A stretch of DNA of 37,423 nt from the IMG/VR virus record IMGVR_UViG_3300042934_000124, positions 1 to 37,423 of that record; one strand, given 5' to 3'. This document shows positions 17,520 through 25,835 of the stretch, piece after piece. The position numbers were made by a program, and so were the translations under genes. The stretch is from a virus. Its lineage: Duplodnaviria > Caudoviricetes. The stretch's first letter is position 1; each line of letters opens with the position of its first letter. The notes below the pieces were generated by a model. The model did no database searches and was not told the origin of the DNA. It saw only the letters and a list, made by a program, of their open reading frames with translations.

Positions 17520-17929
17520 TACTTATTGTACTTCTCCTGGTATTTCTCAAGAGTATCTTTCTCACTCTCAGGCTTTGGCTTGTCTGGCGCATTGACGATA
17601 ATGTCTGCAGCATCCTTAGGAAGAAGTTCAAATAGTTGTCGCATAGAGGTATTAAAGTTTTTAATCATGCTGTTATAGCTTTTTTGAGCGGGAGACTCAA
17701 TCCACATTTTCTGAGAACCTTGCTCCATGTAGCTAATAGGCCCCTTGTCATTAATTATGTCTTTGAGCTTATTTAGCGTTGCAGCCATAAAAGCAACGTT
17801 GTATACTAATGGCTGAGCCATTTTCTTTTTCTCTGTATTAATATTTTTTATGATCTCGTTGATTCTTTCTATCTCTTCTGCTATGAATTTTTCTTGAAAA
17901 TCCTTATTTGATATATCTATATTAACCAC
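17519..17929 (-). CDS. terS: Terminase small subunit (start uncertain: GTG 17929 or ATA 17920)
   Basis: ESPAQKSYN motif (P27-like); directly upstream of terL. Confidence 0.75.
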   Translation of the reverse strand: MVNIDISNKDFQEKFIAEEIERINEIIKNINTEKKKMAQPLVYNVAFMAATLNKLKDIINDKGPISYMEQGSQKMWIESPAQKSYNSMIKNFNTSMRQLFELLPKDAADIIVNAPDKPKPESEKDTLEKYQEKYNK

Positions 17930-17939
17930 TCCTTTCAAT

Positions 17940-18040
17940 TTACACCCCCTTGTGCGCCCGATTTTATCGTTCGGAGGATTTTTCTTGTTCGTCTCTCGGT
18001 CTTTAAGAATAACACCCACCCTACTTTTTTAGGGGGGACA
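17940..18040. other. Probable cos packaging region
   Basis: C/G runs (CCCCCC, GACCGAG, GGGGG) between HNH and terS, where cos lies in HK97-like phages. Confidence 0.45.
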
Positions 18041-18323
18041 TAGGTATTAAGTCTCCATGCTCATCAAACATCAATCCATCAACAACACCTGAATGCTCAT
18101 CATGTTCTCTCATGTGACACTCCTTACACAATGTAACAAGCAAGTCTGGATTAAGTGCCACGCTTGCATCACCTATATTATCAGGAGTTAAGTAAGTAGT
18201 ATGATGTACTTCTTCTCCTGCATTGCCACACTTACATAATCCATGGTCACGGTTGAATACATATTCTCTTACCCTCTTCCATTCCTTTGAGTTATAGAAA
18301 CTCTTAGCAAATACTCTAGCCAT
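18021..18323 (-). CDS. HNH endonuclease (HK97 gp74-like packaging accessory)
   Basis: FYNSKEWKRVR, RDHGLC, EVHH, LCKECH. Confidence 0.9.
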   Translation of the reverse strand: MARVFAKSFYNSKEWKRVREYVFNRDHGLCKCGNAGEEVHHTTYLTPDNIGDASVALNPDLLVTLCKECHMREHDEHSGVVDGLMFDEHGDLIPMSPLKK

Positions 18324-18324
18324 A

Positions 18325-18681
18325 TCAATCCACATTAGGACTATGCAGTATCCTATAGTCTATTGATTCATCTAATGGATGTCTAATAGGAATAGTCTGA
18401 ACAACATTTTGTAATCTGATATACTTTTCCATTTCATCATTCAACTCTTTAATCTTAATCAATGCATCATCCATATCAGATGTATCAACAATCATTTGAA
18501 TATGTATACCTTTCTTTGTAGCTGTGACCGCGGTCATATCTTTAGCCTCAGAGTAATCAGTTCCAACAGCAAAACGTTTATCATGCAAATAGCCACCACA
18601 TTTGCTACAAATTATACCGTCCTTGCCGTTCTTATGTATCTCTTTGTTGCCACACTCAACGCACTCAAATAATATATCCAT
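18325..18681 (-). CDS. Hypothetical protein with N-terminal Zn ribbon
   Basis: CVECG...CSKCG; GAGGAG RBS. Confidence 0.7.
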   Translation of the reverse strand: MDILFECVECGNKEIHKNGKDGIICSKCGGYLHDKRFAVGTDYSEAKDMTAVTATKKGIHIQMIVDTSDMDDALIKIKELNDEMEKYIRLQNVVQTIPIRHPLDESIDYRILHSPNVD

Positions 18682-18702
18682 CTACCAATCTCCTCTCAAT
18701 AC

Positions 18703-18744
18703 AAAAAGCGAACCAATCGACTACATGAGTCAATCAATCCGCTT
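18703..18744 (-). terminator. Long GU-containing hairpin with T run in the late leader
   Basis: AAGCGGATTGATTGACT-catgt-AGTCGATTGGTTCGCTT-TTT. Confidence 0.7.
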
Positions 18745-18771
18745 CTATCCCTTTGCTTAACTTGCTATGAT

Positions 18772-18838
18772 ACAATATTACCACATCATAATAATTACTT
18801 TCTACGGCAAATTATAATTAAATAATACTTGTTTTCAA
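18772..18838 (-). promoter_or_regulatory. Candidate late promoter region
   Basis: TTGAAA-16-TATAAT (18838-18811) and a downstream extended -10 TGGTAATAT. Confidence 0.45.
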
Positions 18839-18839
18839 C

Positions 18840-19046
18840 TTATTCACCTATAATTTTAACTTCTATCTGCACAATTTCATAATTTTTACCACATTCTCTA
18901 TGTTCAAAATTATGATTGGCTTCACGCATACTGCTAAATGTAAGCACCTTGTCATGTGAAGTGAGTTGCTTAAACTTACAATTCCTTTTGTCTGTACCAT
19001 ATAACCACTTCTTAGTTCTTTTATTCATTATGGCATACACTATCAC
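18840..19046 (-). CDS. Hypothetical protein
   Basis: 68 aa, AGGAGGT RBS. Confidence 0.7.
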   Translation of the reverse strand: MIVYAIMNKRTKKWLYGTDKRNCKFKQLTSHDKVLTFSSMREANHNFEHRECGKNYEIVQIEVKIIGE

Positions 19047-19051
19047 ACCTC

Positions 19052-19486
19052 CTACAATATATTAATCAACTCTAATATAATATCTTTCCTTCTCCTGACT
19101 ATCGTATCTGTACTCCTGTCCATTACATCTGCTATCCTGTCTATCTTCTCCCTTCTAAAGTATTTCATTTCTACAAGCTTAAGCTCATCAGGAGTAAGAG
19201 TACTGAGTCCGTTATCTATCTTCTTGATATGCCGCTCCTTGCTCCTAAGCATACGATTAAGGTTTTGTATCTTATCATCCCTATCTATAACCTCATTCTC
19301 AACATTTGAGTTAAATGAGTATGTTGCTGTGCTTGGCTTGATCTGGTTATTGCTAGCTCCCTTAATGCCTAACACATCATTAAGCTCATCTATATCTAGC
19401 TTTATGTTTTCTATTTCTGCCTTTACTTTAGGATAGCTATATAGCATACCCTCTACCCTACTGTATGAATTATCAATAGCTGGCAA
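19052..19486 (-). CDS. ArpU/RinA-family late transcriptional activator
   Basis: VEGMLYSYP N-terminus, sigma-4-like C-terminal HTH; located before packaging genes. Confidence 0.85.
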   Translation of the reverse strand: MPAIDNSYSRVEGMLYSYPKVKAEIENIKLDIDELNDVLGIKGASNNQIKPSTATYSFNSNVENEVIDRDDKIQNLNRMLRSKERHIKKIDNGLSTLTPDELKLVEMKYFRREKIDRIADVMDRSTDTIVRRRKDIILELINIL

Positions 19487-19497
19487 TGTATCACCCC

Positions 19498-19701
19498 TTA
19501 CTCTTTGAATATATCCAATATATCCAGTCCTATTTGCTCCAAATACTCAGCCAATACACTTACAGTAATGTTTTGCCCTGATTCAATACGATGTATCTGG
19601 CTAGTACTTGTTTTAAGCTTATTAGCCATTTCTTTAAGTCCTATGCCTTTCATTTCCCTTATTTCCTTGAGCTCAGCAGCAAAGTCTACGTTGTTATACA
19701 T
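19498..19701 (-). CDS. XRE-family HTH protein
   Basis: LKEIREMKGIGLKEMANKL..SQIHRIESG. Confidence 0.88.
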   Translation of the reverse strand: MYNNVDFAAELKEIREMKGIGLKEMANKLKTSTSQIHRIESGQNITVSVLAEYLEQIGLDILDIFKE

Positions 19702-19727
19702 TTTTTCATAAACACCTCCTACATGCT

Positions 19728-20057
19728 TGTAACCAACTCTAAAAAAGATGGTTACACTTGAATGTCTTGACTATCAATGGATACAAGCGTTTTGTAACCA
19801 ACTTTGCTTGTAACCACGTTTTCTGCAACGTATATAAATAAATAATAAATATATATATAAAAAGTATATTTTTTTCTTATAGAGTTCAAAACTTGGTTAC
19901 ATAGTTACAAATATATATACTACTATACTTAAAGTATTGATATATATAGGTTTATATAGTGTAACTATAGTGTAACCAAGTTGTAACCAAGTGTAACCAC
20001 AGAAAATTCTTAATTGTATTAACAATTTAATTTCGCCTTTGACTATCAATGTATACA
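19728..20057. repeat. Probable replication origin: TGTAAC(C/T) iterons around an AT-rich core
   Basis: About 10 copies in both orientations (19728, 19750, 19793, 19809, 19895, 19903, 19960, 19971, 19982, 19992); downstream of VirE-like helicase. Confidence 0.8.
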
Positions 20058-20111
20058 TAAAATAAGACAAAATGATATAAATTTCACTTACAAAATTATA
20101 CATGACTTTGG

Positions 20112-21560
20112 TCAATTATGACTCTTGTCAAGTAAATGCTTATTTTCATCTATTTCAAGCTGCTTATCCCTGTACCAATATTTCTGTACTCCATACCCGG
20201 TTATTCTTATAGGTCCACTGCTTTTACGCCATCCTTTGAAGCCTTGCATTATAGATGCTATTTCTATACTGTCCTTCTTACTAGGCTTCTGAGGTTCATT
20301 AAGAGCCTTTTGCCATAATTCCATGACACATATTATGTCTCTCTTTTCATCCATTAAGTACTCTTCAATCATTCCTATGCGATAATCGTCCTCCACCGCA
20401 TCAGCTTGATGGCTCCTTATGATGTCTAGTAGTTTCTCATCAGCAAATGGTTGCATCTTACCTTTGTCGTATAAATGCTTTGCTTCGGCCCATGCTTGCA
20501 ATATGTCTGCCTGTATAGCGTCTATGTTGTTGTATAACTCATACCCCGTATTGTTGCATACTACCGGATAATAACGCCTATTCCCTGTTTTGTCGGTGAG
20601 GAACTCTGTTTTATTGGTGGTCCCAAGGAATACACATTGTCTTTTGTGGTCCGTTACCCGTGTATCAAACGGTTTTCTATAGGTGTCTACTCTGCACGTT
20701 ATATAGGCCTTTACCGCTTCTACTTCTTTTGTCTTAGTAAGTGCAAGCAGTTCCCCCATTTCGCATATCCACGCTCCTTCTAGTGCTTCTATGCCCTTTT
20801 GTCCTTCTATCTCCTTAACCTCTCTGAAATAATCTTCTTTGAGTGCCAGCCAGCTTACAAAACTACTCTTTCCACTGCCTTGATTTCCCATTAGAACAGG
20901 CATATCATCAAATTTGCAACCTGGATTGTATAGTCGGTGTATCCCTCCTGCAAATATTAGGCGACTTACCTCATGGACGTATACATCATCTGCTGCCTTA
21001 AGCCATTTAGTAAGCATGTGCTTAACCCTTGGCTTGCCATCCCACTTAGTAGCTTCTATAATTTCCTTAACAGGGTTATAGGTGTTCTCAAAAAAGATAA
21101 TCCTAAGCGCATCATCAAGCTTCTTCTCGTTGTGGATCCTATAGGTTTTCTCTATGTACCTTCTTAGCTCGCTGTCATCTACATTAGTCCACTTAATCTT
21201 TTCACCATCAACTATGTGCTCAGGATATCCGGTAAGCTCATTAAGTACAAATGTGTTGCCATAGTTGAGATCATTTCTGAGTATCTGCAAGAAATTATCT
21301 ATACTAGCTACTGGATTACCTTTGTCATTTAGAGCTAGAGTGAATCCACATTTAAAAGGGTTTATCTTTGTGTTGTCTTTCTTATAGGCCGTAAGTCTGC
21401 GCTTAAATGCCTTTAGTACGCCTATCTTTTCAGCGTGTTTCAATAATGCTTCTTCTAGTTCTACCCTCTCAACCTCGCTGGTCTTATCAAAGAGTGCTAT
21501 GAATGTAGGTTCTAGCAGTATAGATATTTCGTCTAATTCTTGTACTTCACTCGCATACAA
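20112..21560 (-). CDS. VirE/VapE-family P-loop ATPase (replicative helicase-like)
   Basis: WDGKPR, PGCKFD, GNQGSGKS, GTTN, DKTGNRRY. Confidence 0.93.
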   Translation of the reverse strand: MYASEVQELDEISILLEPTFIALFDKTSEVERVELEEALLKHAEKIGVLKAFKRRLTAYKKDNTKINPFKCGFTLALNDKGNPVASIDNFLQILRNDLNYGNTFVLNELTGYPEHIVDGEKIKWTNVDDSELRRYIEKTYRIHNEKKLDDALRIIFFENTYNPVKEIIEATKWDGKPRVKHMLTKWLKAADDVYVHEVSRLIFAGGIHRLYNPGCKFDDMPVLMGNQGSGKSSFVSWLALKEDYFREVKEIEGQKGIEALEGAWICEMGELLALTKTKEVEAVKAYITCRVDTYRKPFDTRVTDHKRQCVFLGTTNKTEFLTDKTGNRRYYPVVCNNTGYELYNNIDAIQADILQAWAEAKHLYDKGKMQPFADEKLLDIIRSHQADAVEDDYRIGMIEEYLMDEKRDIICVMELWQKALNEPQKPSKKDSIEIASIMQGFKGWRKSSGPIRITGYGVQKYWYRDKQLEIDENKHLLDKSHN

Positions 21561-21623
21561 TTATTATCACCTCCTTATGTACCTCATGTAGTCGTTTTTT
21601 ATGCATATTTATGCATTTACTTA

Positions 21624-21887
21624 TTATTCTTCACCTGTCAACATCTTTGTGAACGGCAACGCTTCAAATCTTACATCTTCGTTGTTGAATATTCCCACCT
21701 TATACGCCCCATCTTCGATGTAATGTATTTGATGTTTTATATCTGATATTGAAATCCCTTGTTCTGTATGTGTAATCGCCTGTTGAGTTAGTATTGTTGC
21801 CCCTTTATGATCTTTTAGTGGGTATATCTGCTTCCATTTGCCATCATTTTTTATAAAAATATTATAATTATCTATACTTAGTGTCAT
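21624..21887 (-). CDS. Hypothetical protein
   Basis: 87 aa, GGAGG RBS. Confidence 0.65.
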   Translation of the reverse strand: MTLSIDNYNIFIKNDGKWKQIYPLKDHKGATILTQQAITHTEQGISISDIKHQIHYIEDGAYKVGIFNNEDVRFEALPFTKMLTGEE

Positions 21888-22248
21888 TCACTACCTCCAA
21901 TATCTCATCGTATGGCCTAGATGCTCTAATTCCATTTACAGATACGGTCACAAATCTTTTCAATGGATGGATGTATTCAACCTCACCTTCTCTTACTTCT
22001 GTTTCTTCTCTGCCTAACCCAATCCATCTTATCTTAACTGTAGAGCCTATTTCTATTTCCTGCTTAAGCTGCTCTATTCTGTTCATTTCTGCTGCGCAAC
22101 TCCTATTAAGCATCATCCTAAGTGAATTAGTGGGTACAATTAATCCAAACTTTTTATAAAATTCATCCTTTATTATCTTGTGCTTCACGCCTATAAAATC
22201 AAGTTCATGAGCGAATTTTACATGTTCATCGGTATAAATCTTTTCCAT
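21868..22248 (-). CDS. Hypothetical protein
   Basis: 126 aa, AAGGAGGTG RBS. Confidence 0.7.
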   Translation of the reverse strand: MEKIYTDEHVKFAHELDFIGVKHKIIKDEFYKKFGLIVPTNSLRMMLNRSCAAEMNRIEQLKQEIEIGSTVKIRWIGLGREETEVREGEVEYIHPLKRFVTVSVNGIRASRPYDEILEVVNDTKYR

Positions 22249-22284
22249 GATTTCACCTCCTTCTCAAACTTCGTTTTTATTAGG

Positions 22285-23148
22285 TTATCTATAATCTGAC
22301 CATTTTACGCTTTTAAAAATAGCTTTGTGATTTACCCATCTAGTAAACCTGTTTTGATATACATCTTTTTTATTGAAAGGCATTACAAGTGGGTCAACTT
22401 TCAGCTCTCTTAATTTCTCAATTCTATATAAATCTTCTTCCGGAGTGCTCCAATATCCGATTAGCACATAGCACATAATCTTATATGCTTTAACGTGTTT
22501 AACCATGGCTTTTATGTTTTCTGTTATGTCCTGCTTTGGATTATCCCAAGCTATATGAATTTGTTTGAAGTGTTTTAGCTTATTGAGCGCATACGCCTGT
22601 TCTTCATTCATGATCCTAACGTCAACACCTTGCATATTAACTGGTTGCCCCCACTTTAATAGCTGTTCTATGGCTTTCTTCCATTCTGTATTGGCGAAGA
22701 AGTTATTGTCTAAGACTTCTATGTGCTTACCTTTAGGATTAAGATCTAGCGGCTCCACAGGATGTATATAACCCTCTTTCTCTCTAACCACACAGAACGG
22801 GCAATTCCTTATGCACCCTCGGCTGAAAAACTGCATTGAATACTCATGTTGTGGGTATATGCTATAGTCTAACTTTCTTATCTTTTCTATTTCTTCCGGC
22901 AGCCTACTTTTGATATCAAATCCTGTGCCACCCTTTATGATCTCTGCACCCGGTGGATAATAAAGATAATCATCACTATAATTAAACAACTTGCTTGCAT
23001 ATACCTTGTCTATTTTAATGCCAATATCAGATATAGGGTTAATCCAATCCACATTATCATTTTTTGATTTATGATATGTTGCAGCTTTCATAAGTGGGAT
23101 GATCGGCATCTTAGCGTCTATATCTAACAATCTGATTTCCAACCGCAC
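22285..23148 (-). CDS. Radical SAM-family protein
   Basis: SRGCIRNCPFC (CxxxCxxC), LDNNF. Confidence 0.85.
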   Translation of the reverse strand: MRLEIRLLDIDAKMPIIPLMKAATYHKSKNDNVDWINPISDIGIKIDKVYASKLFNYSDDYLYYPPGAEIIKGGTGFDIKSRLPEEIEKIRKLDYSIYPQHEYSMQFFSRGCIRNCPFCVVREKEGYIHPVEPLDLNPKGKHIEVLDNNFFANTEWKKAIEQLLKWGQPVNMQGVDVRIMNEEQAYALNKLKHFKQIHIAWDNPKQDITENIKAMVKHVKAYKIMCYVLIGYWSTPEEDLYRIEKLRELKVDPLVMPFNKKDVYQNRFTRWVNHKAIFKSVKWSDYR

Positions 23149-23174
23149 CGCCTCACTTCCAAATTTCGATTTTA

Positions 23175-23360
23175 TTACTCTTCTTCTACTCTTACAAATA
23201 TCCTGCCGGATGATTTCCCGTTAAGTCTCCCTGTCTTAGCCTTACTGATTTGAGAGTACAGATACTTAACGCTTATATTTGCCCATGCAGCTACTTCTTG
23301 CACTGTACCTACACACAATGGCAATTCATACTTATCTGCTGTCACAGCCATGTATAACAC
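23175..23360 (-). CDS. Small phage protein (possibly DNA-binding)
   Basis: MAVTADKYELP motif; 61 aa. Confidence 0.7.
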   Translation of the reverse strand: MLYMAVTADKYELPLCVGTVQEVAAWANISVKYLYSQISKAKTGRLNGKSSGRIFVRVEEE

Positions 23361-23385
23361 TATCTCACCTCTACAAATCTGACTT

Positions 23386-23694
23386 TTACAATGCTATTCC
23401 TTCTTCTTGCTCGAATCTTTCAATGAATGGTGCTATTATCTGTATACCTTTCTTTGATGCGTACTCATACTCAAGCTTTGATCCAGCGCTATTCTGCCAT
23501 CCATTCAAGAAGCAAACTGCATCTACCTGATCTATCATTGCGTAACATATCGGCATATAATCTTTTAATCCATCCGGCAAAAACGCCGGATTTATTACGA
23601 TATGCCCTTTCTCTTGAAGTTCCTTTTCTTTTGCGTTAAATGCTTCTCTATAATTTAAAATGCCTGTTATCGGCCCAGCTACATAAATTTTCAT
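23386..23694 (-). CDS. DUF4406 / nucleoside 2-deoxyribosyltransferase-like protein
   Basis: KIYVAGPITG, INPA, GWQNSAGSKLE. Confidence 0.85.
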   Translation of the reverse strand: MKIYVAGPITGILNYREAFNAKEKELQEKGHIVINPAFLPDGLKDYMPICYAMIDQVDAVCFLNGWQNSAGSKLEYEYASKKGIQIIAPFIERFEQEEGIAL

Positions 23695-24023
23695 ATAACC
23701 TTACCTCCATGTTTGTACGGCCTTGTCTTGTTGAACTCATGTTTTTCTTTTAGTGCTGCCACTATGTCAATTTTATACTCTCTACACATATCTAAGATGC
23801 GGATAATTACGTCAGCCAGCTCAGTAGGTATGCCCTCCGGCTTACCATCTTCTCGGTAATAAGTCTCTGTCATTCCTCTGTTGTCTCTGTGTTCCTCAAG
23901 AGCTTCTGATAACTCGCTATGGCATAAGGCTATCAATTCACCGAAAGTCCTGTCTTCGTCCCACCACCCATGATTTACGGCATTTTCGTGTACTTCTTCT
24001 TCAAACTTTTTGATATCTAACAT
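23691..24023 (-). CDS. MazG-like nucleotide pyrophosphohydrolase
   Basis: LCHSELSEALE, ELADVIIRILD, RPYKHG. Confidence 0.87.
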   Translation of the reverse strand: MLDIKKFEEEVHENAVNHGWWDEDRTFGELIALCHSELSEALEEHRDNRGMTETYYREDGKPEGIPTELADVIIRILDMCREYKIDIVAALKEKHEFNKTRPYKHGGKVI

Positions 24024-24048
24024 CCAATCATCCTTTCAATATCGAATT

Positions 24049-24306
24049 TTATTTGATAATCCATAAGTAACAATTTGGAAATCCTATTTCATAGCCACCA
24101 TTATTTTTTTGAAAATATAAAAATGGTAGCCTTATAAGCCAATGAAAATACCGCCATTCTTTGTGTGGATACAAGCTGAATTTCAAGTTTGAGAATCCAC
24201 GGCCTTTAAAATAAAATTTAATCTTGCTACCTTTATTATATTTGACTATAACTAACTTTTTGGTAATCTGATAAGCATTGTGTCTCTTGTGTCTAAATAC
24301 TTTCAT
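24049..24306 (-). CDS. Hypothetical basic/aromatic protein
   Basis: 85 aa, AAAGGAG RBS; stop codon is part of the junction site. Confidence 0.7.
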   Translation of the reverse strand: MKVFRHKRHNAYQITKKLVIVKYNKGSKIKFYFKGRGFSNLKFSLYPHKEWRYFHWLIRLPFLYFQKNNGGYEIGFPNCYLWIIK

Positions 24307-24333
24307 CCACTCACTCCTTTACAAATTCGGATT

Positions 24334-24630
24334 TTATAAACATTTCTGATGTTCGTACAGCTCTTGAAAACTTATACCGTATTCATTCTCTATGAAGCAA
24401 CTAAAATCGTCACTGTCGCAGTATCCTTTTTGGTCGTCATAGCCCTTTTTGAACATCTCTTCAACTAAATCCTTGCACCTGTCACACTCATACCATGCGT
24501 GCAGGTTATCTTCTGTCTTATTTTTGTTGTATGTGTATTCTTCTCCTTTTTCAATTGTGCTGTTACACCAACTACAAGAATGCTCTGTTTTTGCTTTTAC
24601 ACGCTTCCTTTCAATCGTCTCAAAACTCAT
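24334..24630 (-). CDS. Hypothetical Zn-finger-like protein
   Basis: KAKTEHSCSWC..IEKGEEY, CDRC. Confidence 0.75.
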   Translation of the reverse strand: MSFETIERKRVKAKTEHSCSWCNSTIEKGEEYTYNKNKTEDNLHAWYECDRCKDLVEEMFKKGYDDQKGYCDSDDFSCFIENEYGISFQELYEHQKCL

Positions 24631-24658
24631 GCTATCACCCTTTCAAAAGTCAATTTTA

Positions 24659-25114
24659 TTACTTCATGAATACTAACCAATGCGTTTTGCTTCTTTTGTT
24701 ACCGAACAGTGGTTCGTATTGTATTTCTTTAAGCACTTCTTTTAGGCTCACTTGATCTTCATTCCATTTAAAAATCAATGTTCCATGGTCATCTAAAACC
24801 CTCATACACTCACTGAATCCTTTTTTAATATCCATCCTCCAGGTGTCTGACAGCTTTCCATATTTCTTGGCCAACCATGAGGATTCTCCTGCTTTTATCA
24901 AATGAGGAGGGTCGAAAACCACTAACTTAAAGCTTTTATCCGGATAAGGTATATTCCTAAAGTCAGCGATGATATCTGGGTTTATTTCTAACTTTCTTCC
25001 GTCGCACAATGTATCTTCAAGTTGCCTGTTATCCATATAGACAACTTTTTCGTTTTTCTTATTAAACCAAAACATTCTGCTACCACAACATGCATCTAAT
25101 ATTAGTTTTTCCAA
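24659..25114 (-). CDS. Class I SAM-dependent methyltransferase (amino-MTase-like)
   Basis: ILDACCGSRMFWF motif I, VFDPPH catalytic-type motif. Confidence 0.88.
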   Translation of the reverse strand: MEKLILDACCGSRMFWFNKKNEKVVYMDNRQLEDTLCDGRKLEINPDIIADFRNIPYPDKSFKLVVFDPPHLIKAGESSWLAKKYGKLSDTWRMDIKKGFSECMRVLDDHGTLIFKWNEDQVSLKEVLKEIQYEPLFGNKRSKTHWLVFMK

Positions 25115-25142
25115 CGCATCACCCCCTTTTCAAAAACTAATT

Positions 25143-25292
25143 TTATAAGTTATAATCATCTTCTTCATCAATGATATCCTCATCAGGTTCAAAACTCTTA
25201 CAAACCCCATTAACAATTTTTAAACTATACTGCCTAGTACATCGATCATTAATACAAAAAGCACAATCATATGTGTTACAAATAATATTCAT
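25143..25292 (-). CDS. 49-aa Cys-rich protein (not in ORF track)
   Basis: MNIICNTYDCAFCINDRCTRQYSLKIVNGVCKSFEPDEDIIDEEDDYNL*; GGGGTG RBS; bounded by two junction sites. Confidence 0.75.
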   Translation of the reverse strand: MNIICNTYDCAFCINDRCTRQYSLKIVNGVCKSFEPDEDIIDEEDDYNL

Positions 25293-25313
25293 ATTCTCAC
25301 CCCAATCAAAAAA

Positions 25314-25835
25314 TTATTTTAATTGCTTTAATTCCTCTTCCATGGCGTACTCTAGCCACTCCAACCTCCATATACATTGCCCCCATGTATCACTCATAGG
25401 CTCTAGTTTCTTAACTGCTAGATTGTTAACCCTGTACAATGCGCATAATCTTTCGTATCGTTCATTTGCTTGCCTAGCTGCTTTCACTTCTAGCGCTCTC
25501 TGCTCATTAGCTTTTCTAACTGCTACCTGGGCCGCTACGCTTATATTCCCATCCATCAAGCCAAGTTCAAACTCATTGTCAATAAATCGAATAGCATCTG
25601 TAAAATCTAATCCTTGGTGTCTTGATGCGAATGAAAATATATCTCCTCCGGCTCCGCATCCTTGGCAATAATATACGCCTTTGCTTTCTGTAACTATGAA
25701 ACTAGGTGTTTTTTCTGTATGGAAAGGGCAAAGTATCTTCCCTTTTGAAAACCTTTGCCCTGTTAACCTTTCTATTAGCTGTGTGAGTGATACTTGCTGC
25801 CTGATCTGTTCTTTGACTATCTCAAGTCTATTCAT
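25314..25835 (-). CDS. CHC2 zinc-finger protein (DnaG Zn-binding domain only)
   Basis: LCPFHTEKTPSF..YYCQGCGAGGD; likely ATG at 25835. Confidence 0.9.
   Translation of the reverse strand: MNRLEIVKEQIRQQVSLTQLIERLTGQRFSKGKILCPFHTEKTPSFIVTESKGVYYCQGCGAGGDIFSFASRHQGLDFTDAIRFIDNEFELGLMDGNISVAAQVAVRKANEQRALEVKAARQANERYERLCALYRVNNLAVKKLEPMSDTWGQCIWRLEWLEYAMEEELKQLK

Larger units (their letters stand above)
22265..25321 (-). repeat. Array of eight TAAAA-N6-TTTG junction sites
   Basis: + strand CAA(A/T)-N6-TTTTA at 22265, 23160, 23374, 24037, 24322, 24644, 25131, 25307, each at a stop-codon/RBS junction. Confidence 0.85.

Noticed and set aside
19728-19998. CRISPR-like or mini-array
   Set aside because: Repeats are only 7-9 bp, in both orientations and irregularly spaced; no cas genes
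19897-20115. 72-aa ORF in the track
   Set aside because: Runs through the iterons and AT-rich origin; likely spurious
22265-25321. Classical integron (intI/attC)
   Set aside because: Junctions are too short for attC hairpins, lack GTTRRRY cores, and no IntI-like gene is adjacent
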